From Acidimicrobiia bacterium (GTDB lineage: Bacteria > Actinomycetota > Acidimicrobiia > IMCC26256 > JBBRZM01): a DNA stretch of 64,000 nucleotides. This document shows, piece by piece, positions 46,365 through 54,379 of the stretch. How positions within the stretch are numbered: the first letter of the stretch is position 1; the number at the start of each line of letters is the position of its first letter. Location of the stretch: NCBI GenBank assembly GCA_038236695.1, contig JBBRZM010000010.1, positions 2,363 through 66,362 of the forward strand, given 5' to 3'. The translations under genes and the position numbers were made by a program. The notes beneath the pieces are model-generated. The model saw only the letters and a program-made list of their open reading frames with translations. It did no database searches and was not told the origin of the DNA.

Positions 46365-47309
46365 ATGCCGCATGGCAGGAAGTTTCGCTTTGGCGTGATG
46401 GTGTCGCGGACCGAGTCCGCGCAGGAGTTCCGTGAGACCGCGCGTCACGCGGAAGACCTCGGGTACTCCACGTTGTTCGTGGCCGACCATTTCGTCGATC
46501 ATCCACTCGCGCCCGTGCCCGCGCTCGCGACCGCGGCGGCCGTCACCACCGAGCTCCGCATCGGCCCACTCGTACTCGGCAACGACTACAAGCATCCGGT
46601 CGTGTTGGCGCGAGAGGCCGCCACGCTCGATCTCCTGTCGAACGGGCGCCTAGAGCTCGGCCTCGGCGCGGGCTGGATGACCGCCGATTACGAGAAGGCC
46701 GGCCTGCCGCTCGACCGTGCCGGCGTGCGCATCGCCCGGCTCGCCGAATCGATCACGGTGCTGAAGGGTCTCTTTGCGAACGGCCCGTTCACGTTCCAAG
46801 GGGAGCACTACACGATTAACGAGCTGGACGGTCACCCCAAACCGGTGCAACGGCCGCACCCACCATTCATCATCGGTGGCGGTGCACCCAAAGTGCTCGC
46901 GCTGGCGGCGCACGAAGCGCAGATCATCGGCATCAATGCCAACCTGCGCAGCGGCGAAGGCGAGTCGAGCGACGCCGCCAACTCGCTCGCGCCGGCCCGC
47001 ACCGACGAGAAGCTCGCGGCCGTACGCAACGCCGCCGGCGACCACTTCGACGACCTCGAGATCCAGACCCTCGTCGGCTTCGTGCACTTCACCGACGATG
47101 CGCGCTCGATCGCCGACGTGATGGCCGGGGGCTTCGGCGTGTCGCCGAAGGAGGCACTCGACGCGCCCGTCACCCTCGTCGGTACCCAGTGCGAGATGGT
47201 GGAGTTGCTCGAAGCGCGCCGTGAGCGCTGGCAGATGAGCTATCACGTGATCCCACACGAGGCGATGGCCCAGTTCGCCCCCGTGCTCGCCAAGCTCGCC
47301 GGCAGCTAG
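46365..47309 (+). CDS. LLM-class F420-dependent oxidoreductase
   Basis: FRFGVMV, LFVADHFVDHPLAP and ELGLGAGWM. 314 aa. Confidence 0.8.
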   Translation: MPHGRKFRFGVMVSRTESAQEFRETARHAEDLGYSTLFVADHFVDHPLAPVPALATAAAVTTELRIGPLVLGNDYKHPVVLAREAATLDLLSNGRLELGLGAGWMTADYEKAGLPLDRAGVRIARLAESITVLKGLFANGPFTFQGEHYTINELDGHPKPVQRPHPPFIIGGGAPKVLALAAHEAQIIGINANLRSGEGESSDAANSLAPARTDEKLAAVRNAAGDHFDDLEIQTLVGFVHFTDDARSIADVMAGGFGVSPKEALDAPVTLVGTQCEMVELLEARRERWQMSYHVIPHEAMAQFAPVLAKLAGS

Positions 47310-47330
47310 CCCGCCGACGGAGGAGGACGC

Positions 47331-48266
47331 GTGGCGAAGCAGTTCCGGTTCGGGGTGCAATGCGGTCCGGTCACATCGGGCAGTGAGTTTCGAGAGCGCG
47401 TGCGCGCGATCGAGGCGATCGGCTACTCGACGCTGTATGTGCCCGACCACTTCGTCGACACGCAGCTTGCGCCGATGGTTACGCTGGCCGCGGCCGCGGA
47501 GGCGACCACGACATTGCGCGTGGGCACACTCGTGCTCGGCAACGACTATCGCCACCCGGCGGTCGTCGCCAAAGAGGCCGCGACGATCGATCTGCTATCC
47601 GACGGGCGCGTCGAGCTCGGGATCGGTGCCGGGTGGCTGAAAGTCGACTACGACGCGCTCGACCTCGTGTACGACTCGCCCGGTACGCGCATCGCCCGGC
47701 TGGCCGAGGCGATCGCCGTCATCAAGCGATGTTGGTCGCCCGGGGCGTTCAGCTTCTCGGGCGAGCACTACACGATCGGCGACTATGACGCGACGCCGAA
47801 GCCGGTGCAGCAGCCGCACCCACCGGTCCTCGTGGGTGGTGGTGGCCGAAAGGTGTTGTCGCTCGCGGGCCGCGAGGCCGACATCGTCGGCATCAATCCC
47901 AACCTGCGTGCCGGCGCGGTGACAGCCGAGGCGGTGCAGTCCTCGCTCGCCGATCTCACTGCCCAAAAGATCGAGTGGGTTCGTGAGGGCGCGGGGGAGC
48001 GTTTCGACCAGATCGAGTTGCAGATCCGCTACTTCATGGTCGCCGTCACCGACGACCGGCGCGCCCTCGCCGAATCGATGGCCCCGGGTTTCGGGCTCAC
48101 TGCAGACGAGGCGCTCGAGTCGGGCGTCGCGCTGGTGGGCACGGTCGACGAGATCTGCGATCAGCTCGTGCAGCGACGCGACGAGTGGGGTGTGTCATAC
48201 GTCATCATCGGCGATGACAACACCGAGGCGTTCGCCCCTGTCGTGACCCGCATGGCGGGCACGTGA
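47331..48266 (+). CDS. LLM-class F420-dependent oxidoreductase (tandem paralog)
   Basis: FRFGVQC, LYVPDHFVDTQLAP and ELGIGAGWL. Collinear with the upstream gene. Confidence 0.8.
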   Translation: MAKQFRFGVQCGPVTSGSEFRERVRAIEAIGYSTLYVPDHFVDTQLAPMVTLAAAAEATTTLRVGTLVLGNDYRHPAVVAKEAATIDLLSDGRVELGIGAGWLKVDYDALDLVYDSPGTRIARLAEAIAVIKRCWSPGAFSFSGEHYTIGDYDATPKPVQQPHPPVLVGGGGRKVLSLAGREADIVGINPNLRAGAVTAEAVQSSLADLTAQKIEWVREGAGERFDQIELQIRYFMVAVTDDRRALAESMAPGFGLTADEALESGVALVGTVDEICDQLVQRRDEWGVSYVIIGDDNTEAFAPVVTRMAGT

Positions 48267-48309
48267 GAAGTCGCTCGGGCGACCGGGCGCGCTATTCTCG
48301 ATTCCTCGC

Positions 48310-48385
48310 GCGGACGTGGCTCAGTTGGTAGAGCGCAACCTTGCCAAGGTTGAGGTCGCGGGTTCGAATCCCGTCGTCCGCTCCA
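48310..48385 (+). tRNA. tRNA-Gly (anticodon GCC)
   Basis: Folded manually. Acceptor GCGGACG/CGTCCGC, anticodon stem CAACC/GGTTG, loop TTGCCAA, T-loop TTCGAAT, encoded CCA. Confidence 0.9.
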
Positions 48386-48419
48386 CAGACCGCACACTTG
48401 CGTCGGCTGCTGCGACAAC

Positions 48420-48762
48420 TCACCGGGGCGCCATGCGACGAAGCACTTCCACGCGAGCGCGCATCCGATCATCCAGTCGTTCGAGCCGGGTGAAGACTGG
48501 TGGTGGTGTTACATCGACGAGCTGGCTTTCGAGCTCGTCGATTCCCCGTCCTTCCCAATAGACGTGCTCGGTCTCGTGGTCTGCGAACGGGGTTGTGCGT
48601 CGGGTCGTGCTCGAACGCCGTCGAGGCCCGTACCAGCTTGTGGATCTCCTTGGTGACACCATGCATGTAGATCGCCAAGGAGACGCCGCCGTGGCAGACC
48701 AGCGCGAGGCGCAGCTCCCGCACGTCGTCGGAGGGCCGAGGGGCAACGGGCTCGCGTGACAT
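48420..48762 (-). pseudogene. Remnant of a patatin-related phospholipase gene (N-terminal about 100 aa only, frameshifted)
   Basis: VRELRLALVCHGGVSLAIYMHGVTKEIHKLVRAS matches the N-terminus of large patatin-related proteins. Frame changes near 48595 (…THNP / FADHETEHVYWEGRGIDELESQLVDV). Stops at 48420, far short of the catalytic GxSxG region. Confidence 0.55.
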
Positions 48763-48909
48763 GACTTCCTCCCGCCGCCCGCGACGGGGGATCTTGGTAC
48801 CCGCGCTGTGCCGGTTCGCGGCAATTCGTCGCTCACGAGCCGCGTATGGAAATCCATTCCGGGTGGGTACGAGTCCAGTGGACTATCCTCGAATCGAGGA
48901 GCGTGCGAG

Positions 48910-49398
48910 ATGCGTGATCCAGCGGTTCGAGAGGATGTCTACGAGGAGCGTCCCGTTGCGTCTCGCTACTGGAGCTGGAGCCCGGCACAGTTGATCGCCG
49001 CCGTCATCGGCATCGGCTTCATCGTGCTCGGCGCGGTCGCGCTCGGCGACACCGGCGTTGACGACTGGTATCGACCCGTCGCCAAGGTGGCCGGCATGTA
49101 CCACACGCCGCTGCTCGCCGGGATCGAACTCGCGTTCGGCGTGCTGATGCTGCTGGCGGCGCTGGTGCCCGGTGCAGAGCGCTCGTTGATGGGCCTGCTG
49201 AGCGTGGCCGCGCTCGTCTTCGGGATACTGATCGTGGCCGGTGTCGCTCGAAAAGATCTCTATCCCCGGCTCGGGGTGCTCGACAGAAACGGGTGGTTCT
49301 TCATCGGCGTCGGCGTGATCGGCCTCCTCGCGTCGATCGCCGCGCCGGTGTTTGCCAGTGCCTCTGGTCGGCGCACGAGCGTTCGCCGCGTGGAGTAA
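48910..49398 (+). CDS. Hypothetical membrane protein (about 4 TM)
   Basis: GAGGAG RBS before ATG 48910. Hydrophobic segments LIAAVIGIGFIVLGAVAL, LLAGIELAFGVLMLLAALV, GLLSVAALVFGILIVAGV and FFIGVGVIGLLASIAAPVF. Confidence 0.6.
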   Translation: MRDPAVREDVYEERPVASRYWSWSPAQLIAAVIGIGFIVLGAVALGDTGVDDWYRPVAKVAGMYHTPLLAGIELAFGVLMLLAALVPGAERSLMGLLSVAALVFGILIVAGVARKDLYPRLGVLDRNGWFFIGVGVIGLLASIAAPVFASASGRRTSVRRVE

Positions 49399-49408
49399 CC
49401 AGCCACCG

Positions 49409-50548
49409 TCATGCGGGCGACGGTGATGATGCGGTGGTCACCCCAGCAGGGAGCTTCACGAGGTCGCGGGCGGTCGCAAGCAGCACGAGGGCTCGGAAGA
49501 GCACGACGGGACCGATGACGTACGGCGCGACGCTGTGGTGGTCGAGGCTGAACGCGCCGACCACGCCCCACACGACCACGAACATCAAGGCGTCGACGAC
49601 GAGGAACTGGCGATAGCGCGTGCGACTGAGCGGCAACAACGCGAAGAAGGGGAGCAGCCACAGGTCGTACTGCGGCGAGTACACCTTGTTCGCGAAGAGG
49701 AAGCCGATCAGTACGACGGCGCAGGCGGGGATCGGATCGAGGCGGCGGCGCAGGCAGGCGACTGTGCACCAGGCGAGCACGCTCGCGGTCACGACGACGG
49801 TGATGACGGTGCCGATCGCCGGGAGGTCGGCGCGCGAGACCCAAGGTTCGAGGTGTGGCGTCCGGGTCGCGTAGAACCACAGCGTGCCCCAGGTGGGTGC
49901 CCGGCGTCCGTGGAAGTGGAAGAAGGAACTAAAGGCGTCGGGTGCAAACGCAAGGGGCGCGTTGCACGCGACGATGGTGAGAATCGCCGCGCCGCTGACG
50001 GTTGCCGCACCGCGGCGGTCGCCGCGAGCCCATCGCCCCGCCGCGATGACGGGTACGAAGAGAGCGGGGTAGAGCTTCGCCGACGCGCCGAGTCCGAGGA
50101 GCACTCCCGCCGTGGCCAGCGCACCCGATTCGGCGGCGAAGAGTCCCAACGTGGCGGGCAGGACGGCCACGAGATCCCAGTTGAGCGATCCGTACAACGC
50201 GAGCGTCGGCGCGCGCGAAAACCGCATTGCGGTCGCCGGGTGTCGGCGACCGAGCGCGTAGCCGATCACCGCGGCGGCGGCGACCAGCATCACGGTGTTG
50301 GCGAGGAATCGAGAGCGCGGCGTGTCGCCGGCGAGTCCACCGATGTAGATGACGAGTCCCGTGACGCTCGGGTACTCGAGCCCGTGCGCGAAGTAGGGCG
50401 GCGCGCCCGGGCTGATGTGGCGGAGATCGTAGAGGCGGGCGAGATCCGTTACCGCGAGATCAGGAGCCAGGAACCGGAGCAACGCGCCCGCGGCGACGAC
50501 CAGTGCAGCGCTTCGCGCCGTGCGCCGGGGAAGCGATGCCGACATCAC
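49409..50548 (-). CDS. GT87/DUF2029-like membrane glycosyltransferase (GT-C)
   Basis: 379 aa, polytopic. APPYFAHGLEYPSVTG motif region. Confidence 0.55.
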   Translation of the reverse strand: MMSASLPRRTARSAALVVAAGALLRFLAPDLAVTDLARLYDLRHISPGAPPYFAHGLEYPSVTGLVIYIGGLAGDTPRSRFLANTVMLVAAAAVIGYALGRRHPATAMRFSRAPTLALYGSLNWDLVAVLPATLGLFAAESGALATAGVLLGLGASAKLYPALFVPVIAAGRWARGDRRGAATVSGAAILTIVACNAPLAFAPDAFSSFFHFHGRRAPTWGTLWFYATRTPHLEPWVSRADLPAIGTVITVVVTASVLAWCTVACLRRRLDPIPACAVVLIGFLFANKVYSPQYDLWLLPFFALLPLSRTRYRQFLVVDALMFVVVWGVVGAFSLDHHSVAPYVIGPVVLFRALVLLATARDLVKLPAGVTTASSPSPA

Positions 50549-50592
50549 GCGCGGAGCCTACGCGGGAGACGGTCGCGTGCGGCGCGAGCGCC

Positions 50593-52689
50593 TTAATGAT
50601 CCACGCGCGACGTAGTGGGGAGCGCGGGGGCGGCAGCGCGTTGTACGCCGGCAGTGGCGTCGGCGAATGCGTCGACGGGCGTGGCATGCGCGCACGCCGG
50701 TCCGGGCCTGTGCAGCGCGGCTTGTACCGGTGTGCCCGGTGGGTGGGGCACGTCGTAACAAGCCGCGGCACGAATCGTGAGCAGTTGCGGCAACAGCCAT
50801 TGCGCGGTCACGTCGGCACCGGCGTCGTTGAGATGCATGAGGTCGGGACCCCGCACGTGCACGTCGTTGACCGTGTCGGTCCAGCGCCCGTTCGGATCGA
50901 GGAATCGATTGAGGTCGAGCACCTGCACGCGCCCGGGATTGGTGTCGGCGGTTTGACGGAGCAAGTCGTTCCAGTGATCGATCCATTTGGGGTTGTAGTG
51001 GGAGCGAGACACGGTGATGGGTTGCGGCCATCCCATCACGTGGTACGGCGACGTGAGCAACACGATCGGCGCGCCTTCGACGGAGAGGAGATCAACTGCC
51101 TGCTGCAGCTCGTCGCGCGCCAGGCGCGCACCCTCCTCACTGTCGAAGCGGACGTCGTGGCCGTTGATGAGCCGGTCGAAGGTGTCGTGCGTGCCGAGCA
51201 GCGCAACGACGACGTCGGGGTGGTACTCGGTGATGTGTTGTGGCCAGCGTTCGTGCCAACGGGGGAAGCACCGTGAACTGGCGGGCGTCCAGGTATCGGT
51301 GTACTGCTCACCGACGTCGGAGCTGAGCCCGCAGCCCGGGATCGACGCGTTCCACGACACGAAGTGCTGCGACACGGCCAAGCGGTCGACTCCCGGCGCG
51401 AGCGAGTTCATCATCGAGTCTCCGACCAGCAGCACGCGCATCGGCGGGGGCGCGGTCGCTGTCGCGCCCGCGACAACGGTCCGCGGCGCTGGTGGGCGCA
51501 ACTCGGCGGCCGAGATCTCCCCCGGCGCTGCGGCCGCCCCGGCAGTCGTGACCATGATGGCCGTCATCGTTCCAGCCGCAACCGCCGGCGTGGCGATGCG
51601 CACCCGCCAGCCGTGCAAGGCGCCGCGGCGGATCGGCTGCTCGACGAGGTAGTACGAAACCGTTGCGAAAAGGAGGGTGACGGCGACGCGTAGCGCGAAC
51701 AGCACGTAGCCGTCGAGGTGGCTGCGTTGGGGACTGAGGACGACGAACACGGGCCAGTGCCAGAGATAGAGGCCGTATGAGATCAGTCCGATCCACTGCA
51801 ACGGCCACCACGAGAGCATGATGCCGAGCGGACCTCGCCGGCGTTGACAGGCGCTGGCGACGACGATGGCGACCAGCACCGCCTCGATCAGGAAACCGCC
51901 CCGGTAGAGGAACGACGATCGTTCCGACGTCGCGACCCAAGCCCAAGCAAGCAGTCCCGCCGCGGCGAGCGCGGAACCATGCAAGACCACACGGGACCGC
52001 TGCCGGCGCGGCTCCTGCAGTCGCATCAACACCATGGCGAGGAGTGCACCGACGAGCAGCGACTGCGCCCGGGTGTCGGTGCCGTAGTACACGCGCGACG
52101 GGTCGTGGCCCGGGTGGTACAAGACGAACATGAGCGCAACGGAGGTGAGCAGCATCCCGAGCGTCACGCCGGCGAGTGTGCGCAGCGATCCCCGCCGGAA
52201 ACGCAGGACCGCGACGACGATGAGCGGCCACACCAGATAGAACTGCTCTTCGATCGCGAGCGACCATATGTGCTTCAGCGGCGACGGCGCGCTGAACTGG
52301 GCGAAGTACGACTGGCCGGCGAAGATGAACCGCCAGTTCGCGACGTAGCCGAGCGCGGCGTACCCATCGCCGCGAATGTGGCGGAGCGAGTCGGGCGATG
52401 CCCACGCGACCGCGTAAATCGCGACCGCGCCGAGCACGAGGAAGAGCGCGGGGAGCAGACGCCGCGCGCGGCGGGCCCAGAACGCGCCCAGTGCGATGGT
52501 GCCGGTCTCTTTCCACTCGGCCAGGAGCAGGCCGGTGATCAGGAAGCCGCTGACGACGAAGAACGCGTCGACGCCGAGGAAGCCGCCCGCGGCCCAAGGA
52601 AGCCCGCCGTGATAACAGAGCACGGCGGCCACGGCGAGGGCCCGGAGCCCGTTGAGCGCTGGAAGCTGCCGAATACGCAGAGTGGCCAT
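50593..52689 (-). CDS. OatA-like O-acyltransferase (acyltransferase-3 domain fused to an SGNH hydrolase domain)
   Basis: LNGLRALAVAAVLCYHGG...VDAFFVVSGFLITG N-terminal domain. C-terminal VLLVGDSMMNSL (GDS motif). 698 aa. Confidence 0.8.
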   Translation of the reverse strand: MATLRIRQLPALNGLRALAVAAVLCYHGGLPWAAGGFLGVDAFFVVSGFLITGLLLAEWKETGTIALGAFWARRARRLLPALFLVLGAVAIYAVAWASPDSLRHIRGDGYAALGYVANWRFIFAGQSYFAQFSAPSPLKHIWSLAIEEQFYLVWPLIVVAVLRFRRGSLRTLAGVTLGMLLTSVALMFVLYHPGHDPSRVYYGTDTRAQSLLVGALLAMVLMRLQEPRRQRSRVVLHGSALAAAGLLAWAWVATSERSSFLYRGGFLIEAVLVAIVVASACQRRRGPLGIMLSWWPLQWIGLISYGLYLWHWPVFVVLSPQRSHLDGYVLFALRVAVTLLFATVSYYLVEQPIRRGALHGWRVRIATPAVAAGTMTAIMVTTAGAAAAPGEISAAELRPPAPRTVVAGATATAPPPMRVLLVGDSMMNSLAPGVDRLAVSQHFVSWNASIPGCGLSSDVGEQYTDTWTPASSRCFPRWHERWPQHITEYHPDVVVALLGTHDTFDRLINGHDVRFDSEEGARLARDELQQAVDLLSVEGAPIVLLTSPYHVMGWPQPITVSRSHYNPKWIDHWNDLLRQTADTNPGRVQVLDLNRFLDPNGRWTDTVNDVHVRGPDLMHLNDAGADVTAQWLLPQLLTIRAAACYDVPHPPGTPVQAALHRPGPACAHATPVDAFADATAGVQRAAAPALPTTSRVDH

Positions 52690-52725
52690 CCTGGGCGGTT
52701 CAGCACGTTGAGTGGTAGAACGCCC

Positions 52726-52754
52726 TTTTTAGCCGTCGCTATCAGCGTTTGCAA
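52726..52754 (-). promoter_or_regulatory. Candidate promoter TTGCAA-17 nt-TAAAAA for the OatA-like gene
   Basis: On the minus strand, -35 is at 52749-52754 and -10 at 52726-52731. It is an AT-rich island in otherwise GC-rich DNA, about 35 nt upstream of ATG 52689. Confidence 0.4.
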
Positions 52755-52842
52755 GGGGGGGATAGTGCTGTATGGCGCTGGAAGCGGCCAGAGTGGCCAG
52801 TGTGGCCGGGTGCGCGGGAACTTCCGCAGCCCCCAAAACCGG

Positions 52843-53294
52843 TCAGCCGCCGAACTCCTGCGTGGCCCAGACCCGCCCGTCCCAGCTGCATTGGACGCCG
52901 ATGCCGATGCGCGAATAGCTGCCCGACAGGATGTTGGCGCGGTGGCCCGGCGAGGCCATCCAGGCCGTCTCCATCGCCGCAGCCGTGAGTCTGCAATCGC
53001 CGACCAGGACGTTCTCGCCGAGGGCATGCCATCCGGCGTACGGGCTGCTGGCGAGCACCGCGGCCAGGTCACGGTGCTCGAACACGCCGGTCTCCACCAT
53101 GTGGCTACTCCAGGATGCGGCGAGGCCGCCAAGCTGGTCGTCCCAGGAAGGGGCCGCATCCCGTTGGCGGCCCGATCAAGATTCACGAGGGTGAGGAGGT
53201 CGTGGATCGCCTGGTTGTTGGGAGTGGCGCCCGCACCGCTCGCCGGGTAGGCCACCCGTTGGTCGACTCCCACCGGATCGCACGCGACGCCCAT
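52843..53294 (-). pseudogene. CAP/SCP (PR-1-like) domain protein gene with a frameshift
   Basis: N-part NNQAIHDLLTLVNLDRAANGMRPL is in one frame. The C-part PSWDDQLGGLAASWSSHMVETGVFEH...MASPGHRANIL...WATQEFGG is in another. The junction is near 53150 at a G-run. A lipobox-like AMGVAC at the N-terminus has no proper signal unless a second shift near 53310 is assumed. Confidence 0.6.
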
Positions 53295-53444
53295 CGCGAA
53301 GGCGGCGAGCCGGCGCGGCGACGACGGCGAGCCGGCGCGTCGCGAGATTTCGGCGATTTGGCAGCGTTCCCGCCCTCGTGGTCACACGAAGAGTGTCAAC
53401 ATTCCCGCCCAAAAACCTTGAGTCAGCGGGCCCCGAGGCGCGGG

Positions 53445-54248
53445 TCAATCGGGCGTCGTGACCGGCCTGACGGCGCTGCCGAGGTGACGCGAGAGCACGT
53501 CGACGCCCGAGCCGTGCAGTGTCATTCCGCCGTCTATTACGAGGTTCTGGCCGGTGATGAAGCGCGCTCCGTCAGAGCACAGGAAGACGACGACGTCCGC
53601 GATGTCCTCAGGTTGGCCCCAACGGCCCAGCGGAATCGCGCGCGTCAGGTCAGCGGTCGCTTCGGGCAGGTATTCGATGATCGGCTCGGTGAGCGCGGTG
53701 CGGATCATTCCCGGCGCGACGGCGTTGACTCGGATGTCGGGCGCGTACTCCAGCGCAGCCACGGCGGTCAGCGCGGCGACGCCGGCCTTCGCTGCGGAGT
53801 AGGGACCTTCACCGGCGGCCGGTCGTGTGCCGCTGATCGACGACGTGCTGACAATCGCGCCGCCGCCGTTCGCCAACATGATCGGCGCGGCAGCGCGGAT
53901 GCCGTGGTACACGCCGTGCAGGTTGACGGCAATGATGTCGTTCCAGCGATCGAGGGTGTACTCGTGCAGCGCGGACGAGTCGCCGATCCCCGCATTGTTG
54001 AACAGGATCGACACGCCGCCCATCGCGTCGGCCGCCGCGTTGATCGTTCGCTTGATCGCCACCGGATCCGTCACATCGACGGCGAACGGACGCCCGTCGA
54101 GCTCGGCCGCGACCGTTTGTGCTCCCTCGCCATCCCGGTCGAGCACCGCGACCATGGCGCCTTCGCTCGCCATGCGCCGGCAAGTCGCGCGCCCGATGCC
54201 GGAGGCGCCGCCGGTGACGACGGCGCGGTGACCATCGAGGACTCCCAT
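53445..54248 (-). CDS. SDR family oxidoreductase
   Basis: TGGASGIGRA, NNAGI and YSAAKAGV motifs. 267 aa. Confidence 0.85.
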   Translation of the reverse strand: MGVLDGHRAVVTGGASGIGRATCRRMASEGAMVAVLDRDGEGAQTVAAELDGRPFAVDVTDPVAIKRTINAAADAMGGVSILFNNAGIGDSSALHEYTLDRWNDIIAVNLHGVYHGIRAAAPIMLANGGGAIVSTSSISGTRPAAGEGPYSAAKAGVAALTAVAALEYAPDIRVNAVAPGMIRTALTEPIIEYLPEATADLTRAIPLGRWGQPEDIADVVVFLCSDGARFITGQNLVIDGGMTLHGSGVDVLSRHLGSAVRPVTTPD

Positions 54249-54379
54249 ATCTCCCCTTTCCAGGCGCGACGCGTGGCGATGCTAACCGGCGCCCCCGTGA
54301 AACGATCTTCTGACTGATCGTCCCGTGCCAGGTCGGTCAAGATGGTCGTTCACCCCCGGGCAGGAGCGGCCGCGCGCAA

